Part shown: positions 1 through 15,500 of the stretch, piece after piece
Position numbering within the stretch: the stretch's first letter is position 1
Layout of the letters: each line of letters begins with the position of its first letter
Assembly: GCA_044892525.1 (NCBI GenBank)
Contig: CM097888.1
Coordinates: 39,804,001-39,868,000 of the forward strand
DNA: 64,000 nucleotides
Source: Schmidtea polychroa
Taxonomy: Eukaryota
Reading direction: 5' to 3'
Translations under genes and position numbers: made by a program
Notes under the pieces: model-generated
Databases searched by the model: none
What the model saw: the letters and a program-made list of their open reading frames with translations, nothing else
What the model was told of the DNA's origin: nothing

Positions 1-2297
1 AACCACAAATATCGAAAATTTAAGGAAGAATATCAGAAATTAATTATATTAAATAGAGCCATTTCAAAGTTTAAGAAAATAAATAATTAAAAAAGAAAAT
101 AAAGAATAATAAGATAAAATACAAAATACGAAATTTGTTTTACCAGATGAAATGAATAGTGCATTTTAACATGTATGAATATCATGGTAAAAAAGCCACT
201 AAAACTCTCAATTCTATAAAATACATTATTAACCAAAACTACTAAGACTCTCATATACTATACTTTTAACACCAGAACTACCAAAAATTACCCTTTATAT
301 ACTGTTGTTGGTATAAGTAGCCAAAGTAAAAAAAAACTTTCTATAATTAAGCAAACACAAAATAAAATTCATTATAATAAACATCACTAGAAAAGTCAAT
401 AATTCATATATGTCATAATTCATAAAAAAAATAAAAAATTGATGATGAATTAAGGATAAAAAGTAAAACCAGTCATTTTGATTGGTATGGTAGTTCTAGT
501 GTTAAAAATAATTCTACACCTGCATTATATATTTCTAAATTTCGTGTGAATCGTGATTCGGATTAAAAAAAAATAGAACCCATCATAAATAATTTCTGCA
601 TCGACATGATAGAATTAAATAAAATCTCAGAGGGCAGAATAACTTAGGAGTAAATTCAGTCACCTAAGTGAATTTAAATATATATTGGTATTGTTTAATT
701 CTGAGGCGTAGAAAGCTTTGAAGTATAACATTATAAAAAGTATTGGTGGCGCCAATTTTAAGACAGTGTCTAATTTATTTAAAAATGAGTAGTATATTTT
801 TAATTGAATGTCATACATCATTTAATCTGTGTTCTTATATAGTTTAGTAATTCTCATACAATAAGAGTTATCAACATCGAAAAACTGCCATTTATCTCTG
901 TATTTGACTTCAAGAAAATTATTTACTTAGTGAAATGAGTAATATTTGTAAGCACAGAAAAGTTTGTAAAATGAAAATAAGCATACCTTATTATAATATT
1001 ATGAAAACTTTAGCAAAGATGGAGAAAAAATTGCCTGTCATGCATTAATGTTAAAATAGTTTTTATCCTTAGATATTGTTCAGAATGATCATATTATGAG
1101 AGGTTTAAAACATATTTTAATTGTTTCGGAGGGTCTTTGTATATTTTGGTTTTAATTTTTACAGACAATATAGTACAATCATTCATAATTTTATAAACAT
1201 ATCTTTTATTTAGGCGTATAGTTACATTTAGTTGACAATAAATCTCTTAAAATATATCGTGAAATATATATTTATTAATGTCATTTTGCTTTATTTAAAT
1301 CGTTGTATAATTAAGGAATATTTTAACAGTGATGTATGAAAAAGTATATTACTTCGGGAATAAAAAATTATACCTTAGGAAAACTCTGAGCTGTGAAGAG
1401 GAAAATAAAAAAAGAAGGATTCAGTCGCTATCTTAAAACGAGGAATTATAATTATACCTTAAAGATGCAATTCTCAATATGTGTGCCACGACATGTTTAT
1501 AAAATTTTTAAATTTGCTAGTGTTTTTAGGGAAAATTTAAAATACACTATATAAGGATTTTAAAATAAAAATTTTTGTTTGATATATTTTCGAACTTTTT
1601 CAAAGTGTTAGAAATTTTATGTTAAATTAAAAAAAAATTTTAAATCTAATTTATCAAAGTATGAATTATAATACTTTGAAGGAAGAAAACAAAATCTCTA
1701 TAATATGTATAGATGTTCCCCCTATTTTTGCGAAGGGAACAGAATAATAAAAAATTAATAAGAATTACATTACATAAAACTTTTATTCCATAAAAATTGA
1801 TAAGTCTTTCCATGTGGGTCGCAAACCAAAAATCACTGCCTTTCATAAATACTTTCATAAATACTTTCATAAAATCGAGCATTTCACTCGAATGTTATGG
1901 ACCATTGATATATTTATTTTCTAGTGCAGTGTGAAAGATTTTCTTTTGATTTCAAACATTGTGACACTTGTGAAAAACTTCAACTATTAAAAAATTAATG
2001 GAATAATTGGTTAACTCATTACTTTCAAAATATTTCACAGTTATTACAACAAACTGATTAAATAAAAGTGATTCACATTTCTGTGAAGTTATCAAAACAA
2101 ATTTGAAGTAGGCCCTTAAAATATTTATTCACTGATTTTAACAATTTTAATATACTAGTGTACCTACTTGTAACTACTGTTTTCTATCTAATTTGATTGG
2201 CAATTACTTTTACTAATTTTTAATTAATTAATAAATACAAGTCATCAATTCTTCGTTTCAATACTTTCCTTTAAGGGTTTCAGAGGAATAGCAAATT

Positions 2298-2470
2298 NNN
2301 NNNNNNNNNNNNNNNNNNNNNNNNNNNNNNNNNNNNNNNNNNNNNNNNNNNNNNNNNNNNNNNNNNNNNNNNNNNNNNNNNNNNNNNNNNNNNNNNNNNN
2401 NNNNNNNNNNNNNNNNNNNNNNNNNNNNNNNNNNNNNNNNNNNNNNNNNNNNNNNNNNNNNNNNNNNNNN
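2298..2470. other. Assembly gap (N run)
   Basis: Run of N. The ORF-track entry crossing it (2245..2484) is an artefact. Confidence 0.99.
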
Positions 2471-3352
2471 CTTGGTAGCAGCATTTATTATTTAAAACAA
2501 TAAAGTGATAATATAAGCCTTTTGCTGCAAATAATGTATTTAATGAAAAAATTTTCGACTATAAGATAGTCCTTGTCAATCTCCTGGAATTTAGCAATCT
2601 TCTTCCCGAAAATACATTTCTATCTTTCTTTTATTTCCTTTTTTTAATTCACATTGGTTATAAATATAATATATACTTTCTTTTTATAAATTTTTTTTTA
2701 AAAATTTCATTTAAAACTAAATGAAACAAACTAAAATTTTTAAAATTTTTATAAAGCTTCTATAATTAGCTTCTAGAAGCCTAATAAAATATTTCAAAAT
2801 ATTCTAAAATAAAGCCTCCAATAACTATTTATATACGCTATTTAAATATTTCAATAAATGTGTGAATTTTGATTTTTAAATCCTATCTTTGAAAGTATAT
2901 TTCTTAAAATTTTCTATATTATTTTAATTATTGCTTTTTAATTTATTATATTTTCTATATATTGTCAGTTATTCTCGTTAACTAACAATAACTGACAATA
3001 TATAGAAAATATAATAAATTATAAAGTAATAATTAAAATAATATAGAAAATTTTAGGAAATATACTTTCAAAAATAAAGGATTTAAAAATCAAAATTCAA
3101 TAATGATTATCTTCTTACAGTAAATTTAATTTCTAATTTAAATTCTTGAAAATTTTACCTTAATTTATTTTAATGATTTCAACGAATAAAAGAGAAAGTG
3201 AAAATAAAAAATATCAAAAATCATTTGAAAATTGAAACAGCTAAATTCCAAGAAATTGGCTAGGATTATTTTTATAATCGAAAATTATTTCATTTAATTC
3301 AATATATACTTTACAGCAAAAGGCTTATGTTATCATTTACTTGTTTAAAAGT
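2471..3352. mobile_element. Foldback/MITE-like non-autonomous element with outer inverted repeats and an internal long hairpin
   Basis: tgataatataagccttttgctgcaaa (~2506-2531) is inverted at ~3310-3340 (tacagcaaaaggcttatgttatca). A near-perfect palindrome spans 2863-3099 around a 13-nt loop (2974-2986). The left terminus recurs at 29181-29260. Confidence 0.6.
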
Positions 3353-6300
3353 ATATAACTAATACTATCACCGTTGTACAGTAGACTGGCTTCCAAGATC
3401 GTGTGATTTTGCAATTATGGGATTGATCATAAAATATAACGTTTACATGACACAGAAAAATTTGAGACATTTAAAGATAAAAAATTCATTAGCATTAAAT
3501 ATTATAAAAATTGATAACGATTTCAACAAAAATTAACGCAGCAGAATGCCTTTATATTGAAAGTTTCAAACCAGAATTTAATAAACTTTTTGGGGTTTAA
3601 GTTGAGATTTTGAAACAAATTTTATATTCTTTTTGTAGTGGCTTTTCCATTGAAATTCAACGTCAATTGATTGAGCCAACTTAAAATAACAAATATTTAT
3701 TCCCAATTGGTAAAATCATTTATCATTTTCACTATTAATTTCATTTCAATTTTTTATATATTCATTTGTTCTAATATTATAAAACAAAATATTGATCTGC
3801 CATCTGAAAAGAAATGACGATCAAGTAGAACATTCAAAATTACTCACTATTGCAATAGGAAATAAAAATTAATGTATATTAACTACAAAAAATTAAAATA
3901 TTCTCTGTATAGTCGAATCTGGAATAAAATATTTTTACAAGTCAGTAAAACTTATATATTGAATAACATGAAATTTGAATAATTAATTTTTATTTAATTA
4001 TATGTTAATTTATTTTTATTTGTCTTTATATTTTATAGTATAATTGGTAAAGATAAGTTTCTTCATTAATTAAATATTAACAATATTAAAATAAAAAGAC
4101 CAATTACATTCCTTTACTGACTGACTTTTTGTTTAAAAGCCAATAAATATATACTATAGCCAATATTATGATCTATCCTCAGATGTAAACACTACAGAAC
4201 AATGAGAAAAGGAGAATTCCATGTTTTTGTAAGTGATAAATCTGACAGAAAGAACACCACTCATCCGCTTGGTGCAAAAACTGAAATGATCATCTTCACT
4301 GAATAAAAATACAGTCTTCAAGAAATTTCAAAACCAATTTGAAGAATTTGAATCTTTATCTTATTATGAACATGGGCATAATTGTGATTTTTCTTACACG
4401 TTTAATAAAATTGCAAACTAACTTAGATTTCTTAAAATCTTTAGACAGTACTCGACTTCGAGAAATATTATATGGACTTATTTTTTCTAAAAAATCCCAG
4501 ACATTTCTTTCAATATTAGCAGCCTCATATAATATTTCTTTTTCTAAGTTTACGATAAGAATATTTAATTCAATCCACAACATTACACAAAGACCTTCGT
4601 CAATTGGTCGTGTAATTAAAGAATTTAACACTTCTTATAAAAACTTTAACTTATTATGAATTGAAATAATGTTGGATGCGGTTTTAAAATCTCAGGCTAA
4701 CAAGTGTAAAATACTTTAATAGTTTCTTTTAATTGTAAAAAGACGTTTAGAAAAAATATTTTGAAATAATTTTCTGTCTCTTTTTTATAATTAGACTGAC
4801 AAAATTTCATATCAGTTAACATTATTCAAATAATTTTAATTTAAATTAATTTCAACACAAAACAAAACTCAAAAATCTCATCAGCAAAAATCTATTTATT
4901 AAACCTGACTTATAATGTATAATATTTTACAAAAACAAAGAAAATATATAATTTCTTGACATTTAATTTAATTAAAATTTTTATTAACCACCGCAACACT
5001 GTATTTTTTCAAAGACCTCTAAACATTGATAAAAAATAAATAACTCAATAATAACGCTGTTCAACATTAATAATTAATAATTGTAACAAACAAAATATAT
5101 TCAGTGCAAATTTCTGTAACATTTACAGTTAACATTTGATGAATAATAGTTTCACTTACGTTATATAATATCAATAAATAATTTGATCAATAAAGTCAAA
5201 TCAATGAAACAAACACTTGAAAAATGCATTGCCGAAAATTCGTGTTAAATATGAAACAAAATATTGATTTATAGTTAAAAAAAAGAAATATAGATAATTG
5301 AATAAAGATCGATAGTGAATAAAATAAATTATATTTTATTATTAAAACGATATAATTAATAAAGAATACTACTACTACTACTACACATATTTTTAATTTT
5401 TTAATACAATATTGAACAAATATAAAAAAAACCTTAAATTTTAATCTATATTAATCAAAAAATTTTTTAAAAGATATAATATATATAATAACATATAAAA
5501 AAATTCAAAAATCACGGATTTTATAAAGTTTGTGGTCTATTAATATAAACAAAACTATATTAATATATATTAAACAAAAAAAATTTTTAAAGCTTAAAAA
5601 ATAAGTATAAAAATTTTTTTTGGCGGAACTTACTTTGAAGACCACTGATCCCTAAAAGAACTTTCACCAAATGTTTGAATAATTTTACAATAAAAACTAA
5701 CTTGCTATTTTCTGGGATATTTTATTTATTGATGTAAATTATTTCAATTTGAATAAATGCCACAATAATTTATTAAATTAATATAATAAAACCAACCTTT
5801 CAATTGACATTTATCAGTTATATGATTATGCTAAAATTTTCTATTAAAAATATAATGTAAATAAAATCAGAAATGTCATATATAAAAATTAGATAGCAAG
5901 TTTCGTCGGCATAACAACTGAAAAAGGATTACATCGTTCAGAAGTCTGGGTTATGTCTTCGTTATTGTTTTGAACAATTATGACGCATTCACCAACATAC
6001 ACTAAGATGAGGATTGCCTCGTTAATTGTTTTCTGAAAATTCACGAACCAACCCAAAATATTATTTTCCTAACATTTCTCTAGAAATTTTATTAACTGGT
6101 TCTTAATCCAAAATTTAAATTTATTACATTTTTAGAAATTATATTATCAAATAGAATTATCAAATAGTAAAGCCTGCATTAAAATTAGTAATATAATTAA
6201 AAATTAAAATTTGATTAAATTGTATCATTACATTAAAATATTTAATAAAACTTTCCGTTTCCTCAGAAATGACTTGGATCCCTTTAGATATACGTTGCAA

Positions 6301-6527
6301 ATCCCAATAATTTTGAATCCAAAGCTATTAAATCTTCATTTCTATACTAATACGGATCACCATATTCATATCCGTTTCGTTATAAATACATATTGGGCAT
6401 ATTTTATGACAGTCTCCATTATTTGTTTATTTTTATTATATATGAAAATGGTGATATAGAACACCTTTAAATTACCGAAACAAATATAATAAATGTTGAA
6501 AACCCGAAAAATGAGGCGGAAATTCAG

Positions 6528-9500
6528 ATTTCTATTTGAAAGTCAACGAAACAAACGAAAACTACACAAATAGAAATGACGCAAACCATTGTCTTAATGT
6601 CTTTGAAAAGAATGTAAGACGAAGTTTAAATTCCATCTAAATATATTTTTATATATTTCATTAAAAAATAATTTATTATTCAATTATCAATTAAATTTTA
6701 TGATGATAGTAAGGAATTCGAATCATCCGCTATTTGTGTTTATTCGATCAAATCCATTGAGGACGCCTTCAACAGCGAATTGAAAAAATCATCAGAAAAA
6801 ACTAGTTATAAATCCAATGAATACAAAAATATCGTGAATAAATAATTCTATTTAAAATAATAATTTGATTAAATGTTTCAGTGCCAACTTTTTACTACTG
6901 GAAATCAGGATTCAAATTTCTTGATGAATCTTCAAACCTTGTTCAAGACCTATCCCTTTCACAAAGGTATTGTTACAAGTCAAGCCATTTTTTATGAAAC
7001 GAGATCAAAGATTTTCGAAATAGCCTCTGAGGAGTCTCCCTGGTCAAATAACAGGCGTGTAGTTTTATTTGTGTCGATTCAAACAAAACATATAACAAGT
7101 TTGCTGGAAATCAGTTTGCAGCCGAAAATATGCATTCTAAGAAAGCTTCTGTTTCAAGAAAGCATCACCTTGTTGAAAACTGTTAATGAAACTGATGTAA
7201 GAAATTTTTCGAATTACATTATTATTACTTATTTGTAATAAATATCGAGCCAAAGAAAATTAAATAAAAATACGAAATTTTTAATTGACAATTTATAATT
7301 ATTTATAATGTACACAAGGATAATATTTGATAATATATTTATAAAGAATTTTTCAATAGGGACGATGTGATTTTAAAAGGAAATAAAATAAATACAATTT
7401 AAGATACAATTACAATTCTTTTTTAATTTTGAATCACAAATAATTGCATTATGTTCGAAATTGAAAGCTAATTAAATGATCATTCCAGCTTCATATACAG
7501 GAGTGAATTCGAAAATCCCAGTTTTATATGACATTTTCAAGTAAAACAAGCCTAATGTCATGAATATTCAAATCTTCATCATCAAATGTTTGTGGTTTGT
7601 TTGAATAAACCATGGATTCAAATAATCCCTAAGAGTGACAACTATTTGAAGGCCTCTGAACAGTTACAATTCTTGAATATATCAATTCAGCAAGCTTCAT
7701 TTGCAATAAGTTGTTAGTGACATTAGCAATATGACATTTGGCATCATTCTTTTGGAACCATATGTCAAATTCAACGAGTTTTGGCTATAAAACTGTTAAC
7801 ATTGATTGATATCACTCACTATTCACTTGAACTACATTTCCAGAAGCATTTAAACGAAGCATGGTTCGATGATGCCACCAAACAATGACTTTTTGCTTAT
7901 TCAAAAACTTCTAATAAATGTCCTGTGGCTTGCTTTCCCATCAATAACGACAGTTTTGCTTATTGACAAAGCCTTTTAATCAAAAACGAGCTTCATCCAA
8001 AAATATTATTTTTTAAAGCAAAATTAGGAGCAATTTTAAGATTCTTTGGGCTCAACCAACAAACTCACATTGACTACAATGATTTAGTAGCTTCAGTTCT
8101 TGGGTCTACACAATTTTATAAGGGTGTAAATCCAAGTTTTTTCACAAAATATGCCAAATTCTTGCGAACGACAATTAATCGGTAAATTTACATCTTCTGT
8201 AATACTAGTTCTTAAAGCAGTTATATTCTCTCCACTTCTTGAATTTCGATGTCATATAAGTGGTTTAGTATTGTTAAAAGTAAAATCCTTTTCGGATTTC
8301 GTAACGATTTGACGAATAACAACCACAGTATGTCGATTATTGGAACCATACTTTTTACTAAATGCACGTTGAGTATTCACAAAAGAACGAAAAACAACAA
8401 AAAAAACGACAACTAGTGATATTTATAATATTGTAAATATAATTGCTATGACATTTTAAAATCATATCTCCCATATTTAATTAATAATATATTGCATTAT
8501 CTCACAACATAGTTATGATTATTATTTTATACATATGCAATATTTAATATCAATATTTATTTATTATTAAAAAACTTGACAATGAATCAGTAAATATATC
8601 GATGTTTCTTTAATATTCAATATTCATGTTAATATCAAAAACATCGATATATTTACTGATTTTTAGTCAAAGTTTTTAATAAATACAATGCCAATTGAAA
8701 AGAAATCAGTGGTGAAATCTGAAAAAAAGTTATTATATTCAATATTTATTGCTGTTATTTATTTCAATTAAATTTTAATGACTCCAACAAATTTAACATG
8801 ATGTTCACCATCATTTTTTAAATGTCATACAATTTCTCAAAAATTTTCAATATTTTAAATTATACATTATATTATTAAAACAAAATAATTATTTATTATT
8901 AAATCGACTTTATAATGTAGAAGATATATTTATTCGTTGGCTCCTCTCATAGATTGATCAAAATTCCTCTGGATATGTGTTATTTACAGGCCACTGACAC
9001 TCAGTGTTCAGCACCATATTGTTACTGGGATAATATCACGAAAAAGTGCAAATATGTTACCACTGATAATGAATTTTTGTTAATTTCAAATTCGAAATCC
9101 TATTGTGCTAGTGCATTAAAAGAAAATCAAAAGGCCGTCTCAAATCTGTGGGTTCAGTGCCGACTGAAATCGATTTTGAACGACTTGATACAAATAGGAA
9201 TCTGCAAATGCAATATTGAACGAATTACCGATCTACATGAGATTAAATTAACCATTTCCCCAGACTGTAAAGGTAATAAATAGTAATTAAAATTAATTTT
9301 GTTTATATTTAACTTGAAACACATTTTAAATATTAAAAAATGTTTAAAATAAGTTGGGGTTGCATAAAAAACCACAAATAAATACTATTTTCGATATTAG
9401 ATAGTCGGAGATAGTCGGCTAATCTCGAACAGTAATTACTGCTCAAATCACGGGATTTAGTCGAAAAAATGCAAAAATTGTAGATATAAAATTTCATTAA

Positions 9501-12500
9501 AATGTCACCAGCAGAATTTTTGCAATTTCCGGAGTCTTTGTAAAGAAATCAGTACTTCTCTGCTGCGTCAAAATAACACAACCATCTCTGTGACAATATC
9601 TGAGTGAATAGTTTGAAATTTACAATAAAATAATTCCGTTTTACTGGGTAATTTAATAATATAGTTAAGAATTTCATATGCGAAAAATAGTTCTTCGATT
9701 GTTATTTTTAGTAAAATTTTTTCATTCATTTGAATAAAATAAATACATTAAAACAAATACACAATGCATCTCAAATATATGTACGATTGTAATGACGAAA
9801 GACCGTCTAAATACTTTTCATTAGGGTAAGACAAAACATTGAAAGTTTTGAGAGTGAAGGGGTTGTTAGCAATACAGGTTAAAAATTCCTGGTTGAAATA
9901 ATGAGTAGAGATCAGTAGATAATAATAATAAACAAAATAAATAAACCTATTTAAATTTAATCTGAAATGATATTTCAAGGCCAGGCAGAAACAGATCAAC
10001 TTCTTATTGAATGAATCTATCAATTCTTTCGCCTACACTCATAATTTCATAATGACCACCATAAAATTTAAGTGATTTTCTTTTCTATTGTTGAAATGAC
10101 AATTTATCAAAATTTAGATGAATTAATCGTTTCAATTATTCATTTTTCACAATATTTTCTATTTTAAATATTACAATATTAAATTTATATTTTATTTCAT
10201 AAAAAAATAATAAAATTGCTTTTGGTCGTTCTACATTTCCCTAACTCACTTTTAAAAGCATTTCATAATTTTCTATAATTTTCCTCTTTTCCTTAAATAT
10301 AAAATTATTTTTTTTGTAATTGCACTATCTATTTTATAAGTAGATCAAGATGCGAAATGATGGTAAAAAAAGGTAAAACTAAATCAAGAATTCAGAATCG
10401 TTTATAGAAAAATTCATAGTTTATAAATTCATATTCATTTATAAATAAAAAGCCATTCAAATAAATAATTTCCTTAATTTATAAATTTTTATTTTATTTA
10501 GGCAATATATAACAATTATACATATAAATACATATAAATACTAAATTCTAAAACTCCGGTCGAATTGTATTCCGATCTCGTTTATCAGTTTACATGTAAT
10601 GGGTGTAATGCCACATACATTGGAGAGACTTCCCGTCATCTCGATATACGAGCTCGAGACCATTATAGACCGAAGTTATTGACCAATATTAGTGAGCACA
10701 ATAAGGGCTGTAAGAGTAAAATAGGTATGTATGATTTTCAAATTTTATTAAAAAATATTGATAATTATTGGGAACGTGTAATTTGTGAGGCGTTATTGAT
10801 AAAGTCATTGAATCCGAAAAATAATTTGCAGAATCCAGTGAATATTTGTGTTTAAATGCTTTTAAATAATATTTTGTATATTGTATGTATGGATTGTTGT
10901 TGTTAAATTAAATAATTAATAAATTACTAAATTAAATTTCAATATGCTAAAATTTAAAAAATATTAAATTATTTGAATTATAATTATTAAAAGAATGAAA
11001 TGTTATTAAAATTTTTTTTTATATAATTAATACAATTAATAAAGTTGTTTAAAAACCTTAAATTTCTATAGTTTATATGTCCTACCTGATGATGACAGAA
11101 AAACTGTCGAAAAAATATCGTGAAACGAATGTTTGGTTGGCGCTTTCTTGTAATTAAATCATTGCCATGCATATTTAACTATTTATTCATAAATACAATC
11201 AATTCTATTTTTATTCAATCGATACTTTTCCAAAGAATTTGTGTAGAAAAAACTCGTACAAACAAAACAAAGTTAATTCCAGTATTATAATTCGAGGAAT
11301 TTCCATAAATAGTAATTGCGAATGCAACAAAAAAAATTAACGAAAAAAATCCTTAAAATTTTGATATCGTATAAAATCAAAACCCTTCTTGTAAAAAGAA
11401 AATGATTATTTTTAATTTGCGCTATTTCAAATCCATGTAAAAATCTTCGTGTAAAAGCAGACCTGGGTATCTTTAGGTTTAATAAATAAGAAATTATTAA
11501 ATCGGGCATCACTGGTGTTTAAATTATTTGACCAAAACATTATAAAAAACACATTTCTTAATATATAAACAGTTAATCTTTAAACATTTCATTTATTTTC
11601 ATTTATAACTATTGATAAAAAAATTTGTATTGCATAGGAAATTTTTTTTATCTATAACTGTAAATGAAAATAAATGGAATGTTTAAAGAAAACAGATTAA
11701 AGGTGAACAAAAGAAATATTATTGTTTATAGGTGTTTGCAACCTGTCAAATTTACGTTGTTAAATCATTGTAATATTTGCTGTGGTTATAATAAACTGAG
11801 TTCATTTCGGAAGCACGACTACATTTTATCAATAAAAATTTTTATCCTTAACTTTTCGGTATCAGAAGGTTTTTCAAAATTTATCCAGATTTCCATATTG
11901 TTCATACTAATAAAAACCCTTCAGAGTATTTGTAATTGGTTTGAATCATTGCACAAATTTGCACACCTTATTTTTGAAATCCTTTGAATTTTTATTTTGT
12001 TTAACTGTTATACAGACTCTGTTCATCTTTAAGCCCACTGATCACCACGGATACATCACAATTATGAAAAATGTTTCACAGAGCAAAATGGATGATATTT
12101 ACAAAAACACTGTCAAAATTCATGCGGAAATTTATTTTCGACATAAAATTAATTAATATTTGAAATTATTAAATTAAAATAAAATTGATGGAATCATTTC
12201 GTATTAGTCGATGGAGATTGGACAGCATTTTCATCGTGGTCCGACTGCAGTTTAACATGTGGATATGGAACCCAGGTTAGATCAAGATTCTGTGATAATC
12301 CTAAACCTCAAAACGGAGGCAAGAAATGTGTGGGAAACAATATAGAGCATCAAATATGTATTAATAAAAAATGTGATGGTTAGTATTCAAATATTATATT
12401 GACAGAACTTTACATATAGTTTTATAAACTTCGCTTCTTTCGTATGCAACTCCGCGTAGATAATTTTTTTCTTTTCAACATATTGTTGGTCCCGTGGTAA

Positions 12501-15500
12501 AGCTATCAAAATTTAAAAGTTTTTCATCTATTAGTGTGACCTTGGAATTTAATAATGTTATTTTTTTAATTGATAGTGCGAATTACAATTTTGATCATTG
12601 TAAATTTAGATTAAAGCTTAATTATAATTGTCTATGATTTTTCATATAAATCATTGATGTATTATTGTTTCATAAGGCCTACGTAAATTTGAATGTGAGA
12701 GTTCCATGAGGATCGATTTAATAATAATTAAAATATAATATTAACATAATCAAGTAAAAATAAAATATTATTAGCCCTAAAAAACAGGAAGAAGCGTATT
12801 GGTATAGGATAGTTCATCGGATTTGTATATGAAAAACTTCTATAATATTTTTATTAAATTATTCGTCAATGTATGCTTCTTGCGGAACATTCCCGCTTAG
12901 ATATAATTTTTTATATTCTTCACACGCTATTTCTAGACTTTGGAAATTGATTAGGAAATTCACACACGTAGTCAGGTTCAGTCCACTGAATTCTTTGAAC
13001 TTTTTCACGAGTTCAATTTGGTCATTCGATAAATTTTCCAAAGCTTTAGGCACTTTCGGTTCATTTAAAGCTAGCAGTTCCGTTTTATATACGGAGTTCA
13101 ACTTCGTGTTAAATGACATGAATTGAATAAAATCGGACAGGATAATCCCGTTCATTATTGTCAACGTAAACCATTTGTTTTGATAGAAAATCTAGTATAT
13201 GCTGAAACAATCATTATAGTTTTTAGAATAATTTTCAAGTGATATTTTAAGAGGACTATAAAATTTTGGACAGGTACACTTGACTTTACTATACCATTGA
13301 TAGTTAAATAAGAAATTAATATTATTAATTTTCAAGGTCACGTTAATAAATGAAAAATCGCGGGTAAAAATGTTTTTTCTGACGCTATAACAAATGTCAA
13401 TGTAAAATTTAAATTAAAAATTAAAAGTTAAAAAATAGATTAACAATCCAAACTGAAAATGTTAAATTAAATTGAAAGGATGAATGTGGTCTTTAAAAGT
13501 TATTTATATATTAATAATTTTGTAAGTAATTATTTATATCAAAAAGTTAAACTATAAATTTTATATATTGGTAATAATCTTTATTATTTATTAATAAATG
13601 AGTTTCCTTAGTCTTTTCTTTGCGCAAAGGTTGCAACACACACCAAATTAATAAAAAGTATGTAAAAGATTACTCATGGAAAATTTCCAAAGTTTTTAGG
13701 AATTCTATCTATAGTATGTTCCATTCACATTTTGAAAAAGATTACATTGACATCTCTGAATTTGAATGTAGTGATAAGACTTATATTATACAACATTCGG
13801 TTTTAGTAAACTCCTATGTTATTATTTTTCGAGAGTTTGTTTTGCATGTTTTAGCATATATAATATGCATTGTCTATAGAGAGATGATTAAGAGTATAAA
13901 TTTTTGAAAAAGATTACAATCCGATTACGGTTTTGCAAGGTCTTAGAATTTTACACAATATATTTTTATCATTCACGCCGATATTAATAAAGAAAACAGA
14001 TTTTATTTTCTCGTCAGAAATTTCACAGCTATTAGGAATGCGGTAGAAATTCTCAGGAATCACTATTTTAAATTTTAAAATATTTAAAATTAGATTAAGG
14101 TTTGTCTGTTAAATATTTTTATTTTAATGATTTTAAATATGCATGTTTGGAAAAGTTATAAATTTTAATATTTTAATTTTAACATAATTCTAAGTGGATT
14201 AAATATGAATATTATGAATTTAAATGTTTTAAATTTAAAATAATTTGAAAATTTATGCATAGTAGCGAAAGTTTATTTGAAAATATTATGTTATGAAATA
14301 TATTTTTATACTTGAACTTATCATATTATAACAATCTCAAAATGAATGAAGAAATCAAATGCAATTAATAAGAAACAAGGAATAAATACTTTTTAAAGTA
14401 AAATTCACAAAATCAAGGTTTGTTTATTTATATCTTCTTACTAGAAGTATAGACATAAAAAACGCCGATAATTTATTAATGGAAGGGGAACTTATATTAT
14501 TGTTGGGGTTCAACAAGAGAGGCATAAAAATGAGGTGAAAATCGATAAAAACACCAAATTCAAAATAAAAATTTAAAGTACAAAATATTAATTAAAAATC
14601 AAAAATTTTAAAAATGAATATTTTCTTGGGGAAACTGGTATGGGCGGATGCTGAATAATGAGACGAGTTCAGCTATAATAAAATAAAATCAATGGGGGGT
14701 CCCTAAAAGGAATAAATCGCAAAAAACAAAAATTAATTAAAAATTAATTAACTAATAGAGAACCCGAGCTAATGGGAAACCCGAGCTAATGGAGAACCCG
14801 AGCTAATGGGAAACCCGAGACAATGGAAAACCCGAGCGAATTGAGAAAACTTGAATTAGCAATCCAATTTTGGGAAGGCAATTAATTTAGCCGGATAAAA
14901 TAAAAGTGACAAGAGCCGTCAAAAAAAAGAGCCAATTCTCTTAAATTGAATTAGACCTACAAGAGGAAGCCCGGGGGAAGTAAGACCAAAACTAATTTGC
15001 AAAAATAAAGTCAATTACCAAGTGGGTATAAAAGCAACTGGCAAGAAAACAAAACTGCCAGTTGGTCGAAGAAAAGAAAGTCGAAGTTTAACGAGAGCGA
15101 AAAAGGAAACATTAAAGTTAGTAGAAAATAAACAATTTGAAAAATCGAACGTACCAGAAAGGGACATCTCCCGTTGGAAGATCTACCCCTGTGTGAGATT
15201 TGTTGGCAAATTGAAAAGTGCAGACAAACCCTGATTGTATCAAGTGTGAGTAAACTAATAAAAAGTGTAAAAGTGTGTGGTGAATTATGAGCTCAATGCG
15301 CGTCTGTGTGCGCGTTGTATTGTGTGATGGGTTTGTGTGCGCACACAGACGCGAGCAATGTCATTTTTTGGGTTGGGTTGTTGGTGTGTCGCATCTGTGT
15401 GCGCTTTTCTTTTCTTTGTTTTTGGCTGTGTGCGCACACAGACGCGAGCAAGAAGTATGGCAATATTTATGAATTAGTTTTGTTGTAATTAGATTTATTA

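Noticed and set aside
4100-6460. Candidate upstream Sema-domain exons (e.g. RNDL and YPFRYKYI at ~6250-6400) and ORFs 4339-4659 / 4356-4631
   Set aside because: The motifs fall in different frames with an in-frame stop, and I could not build a consistent splice model. Left unassigned.
11000-12160. Stop-riddled minus-strand reading frame, possibly an old DNA transposase
   Set aside because: No motif could be assigned with confidence.
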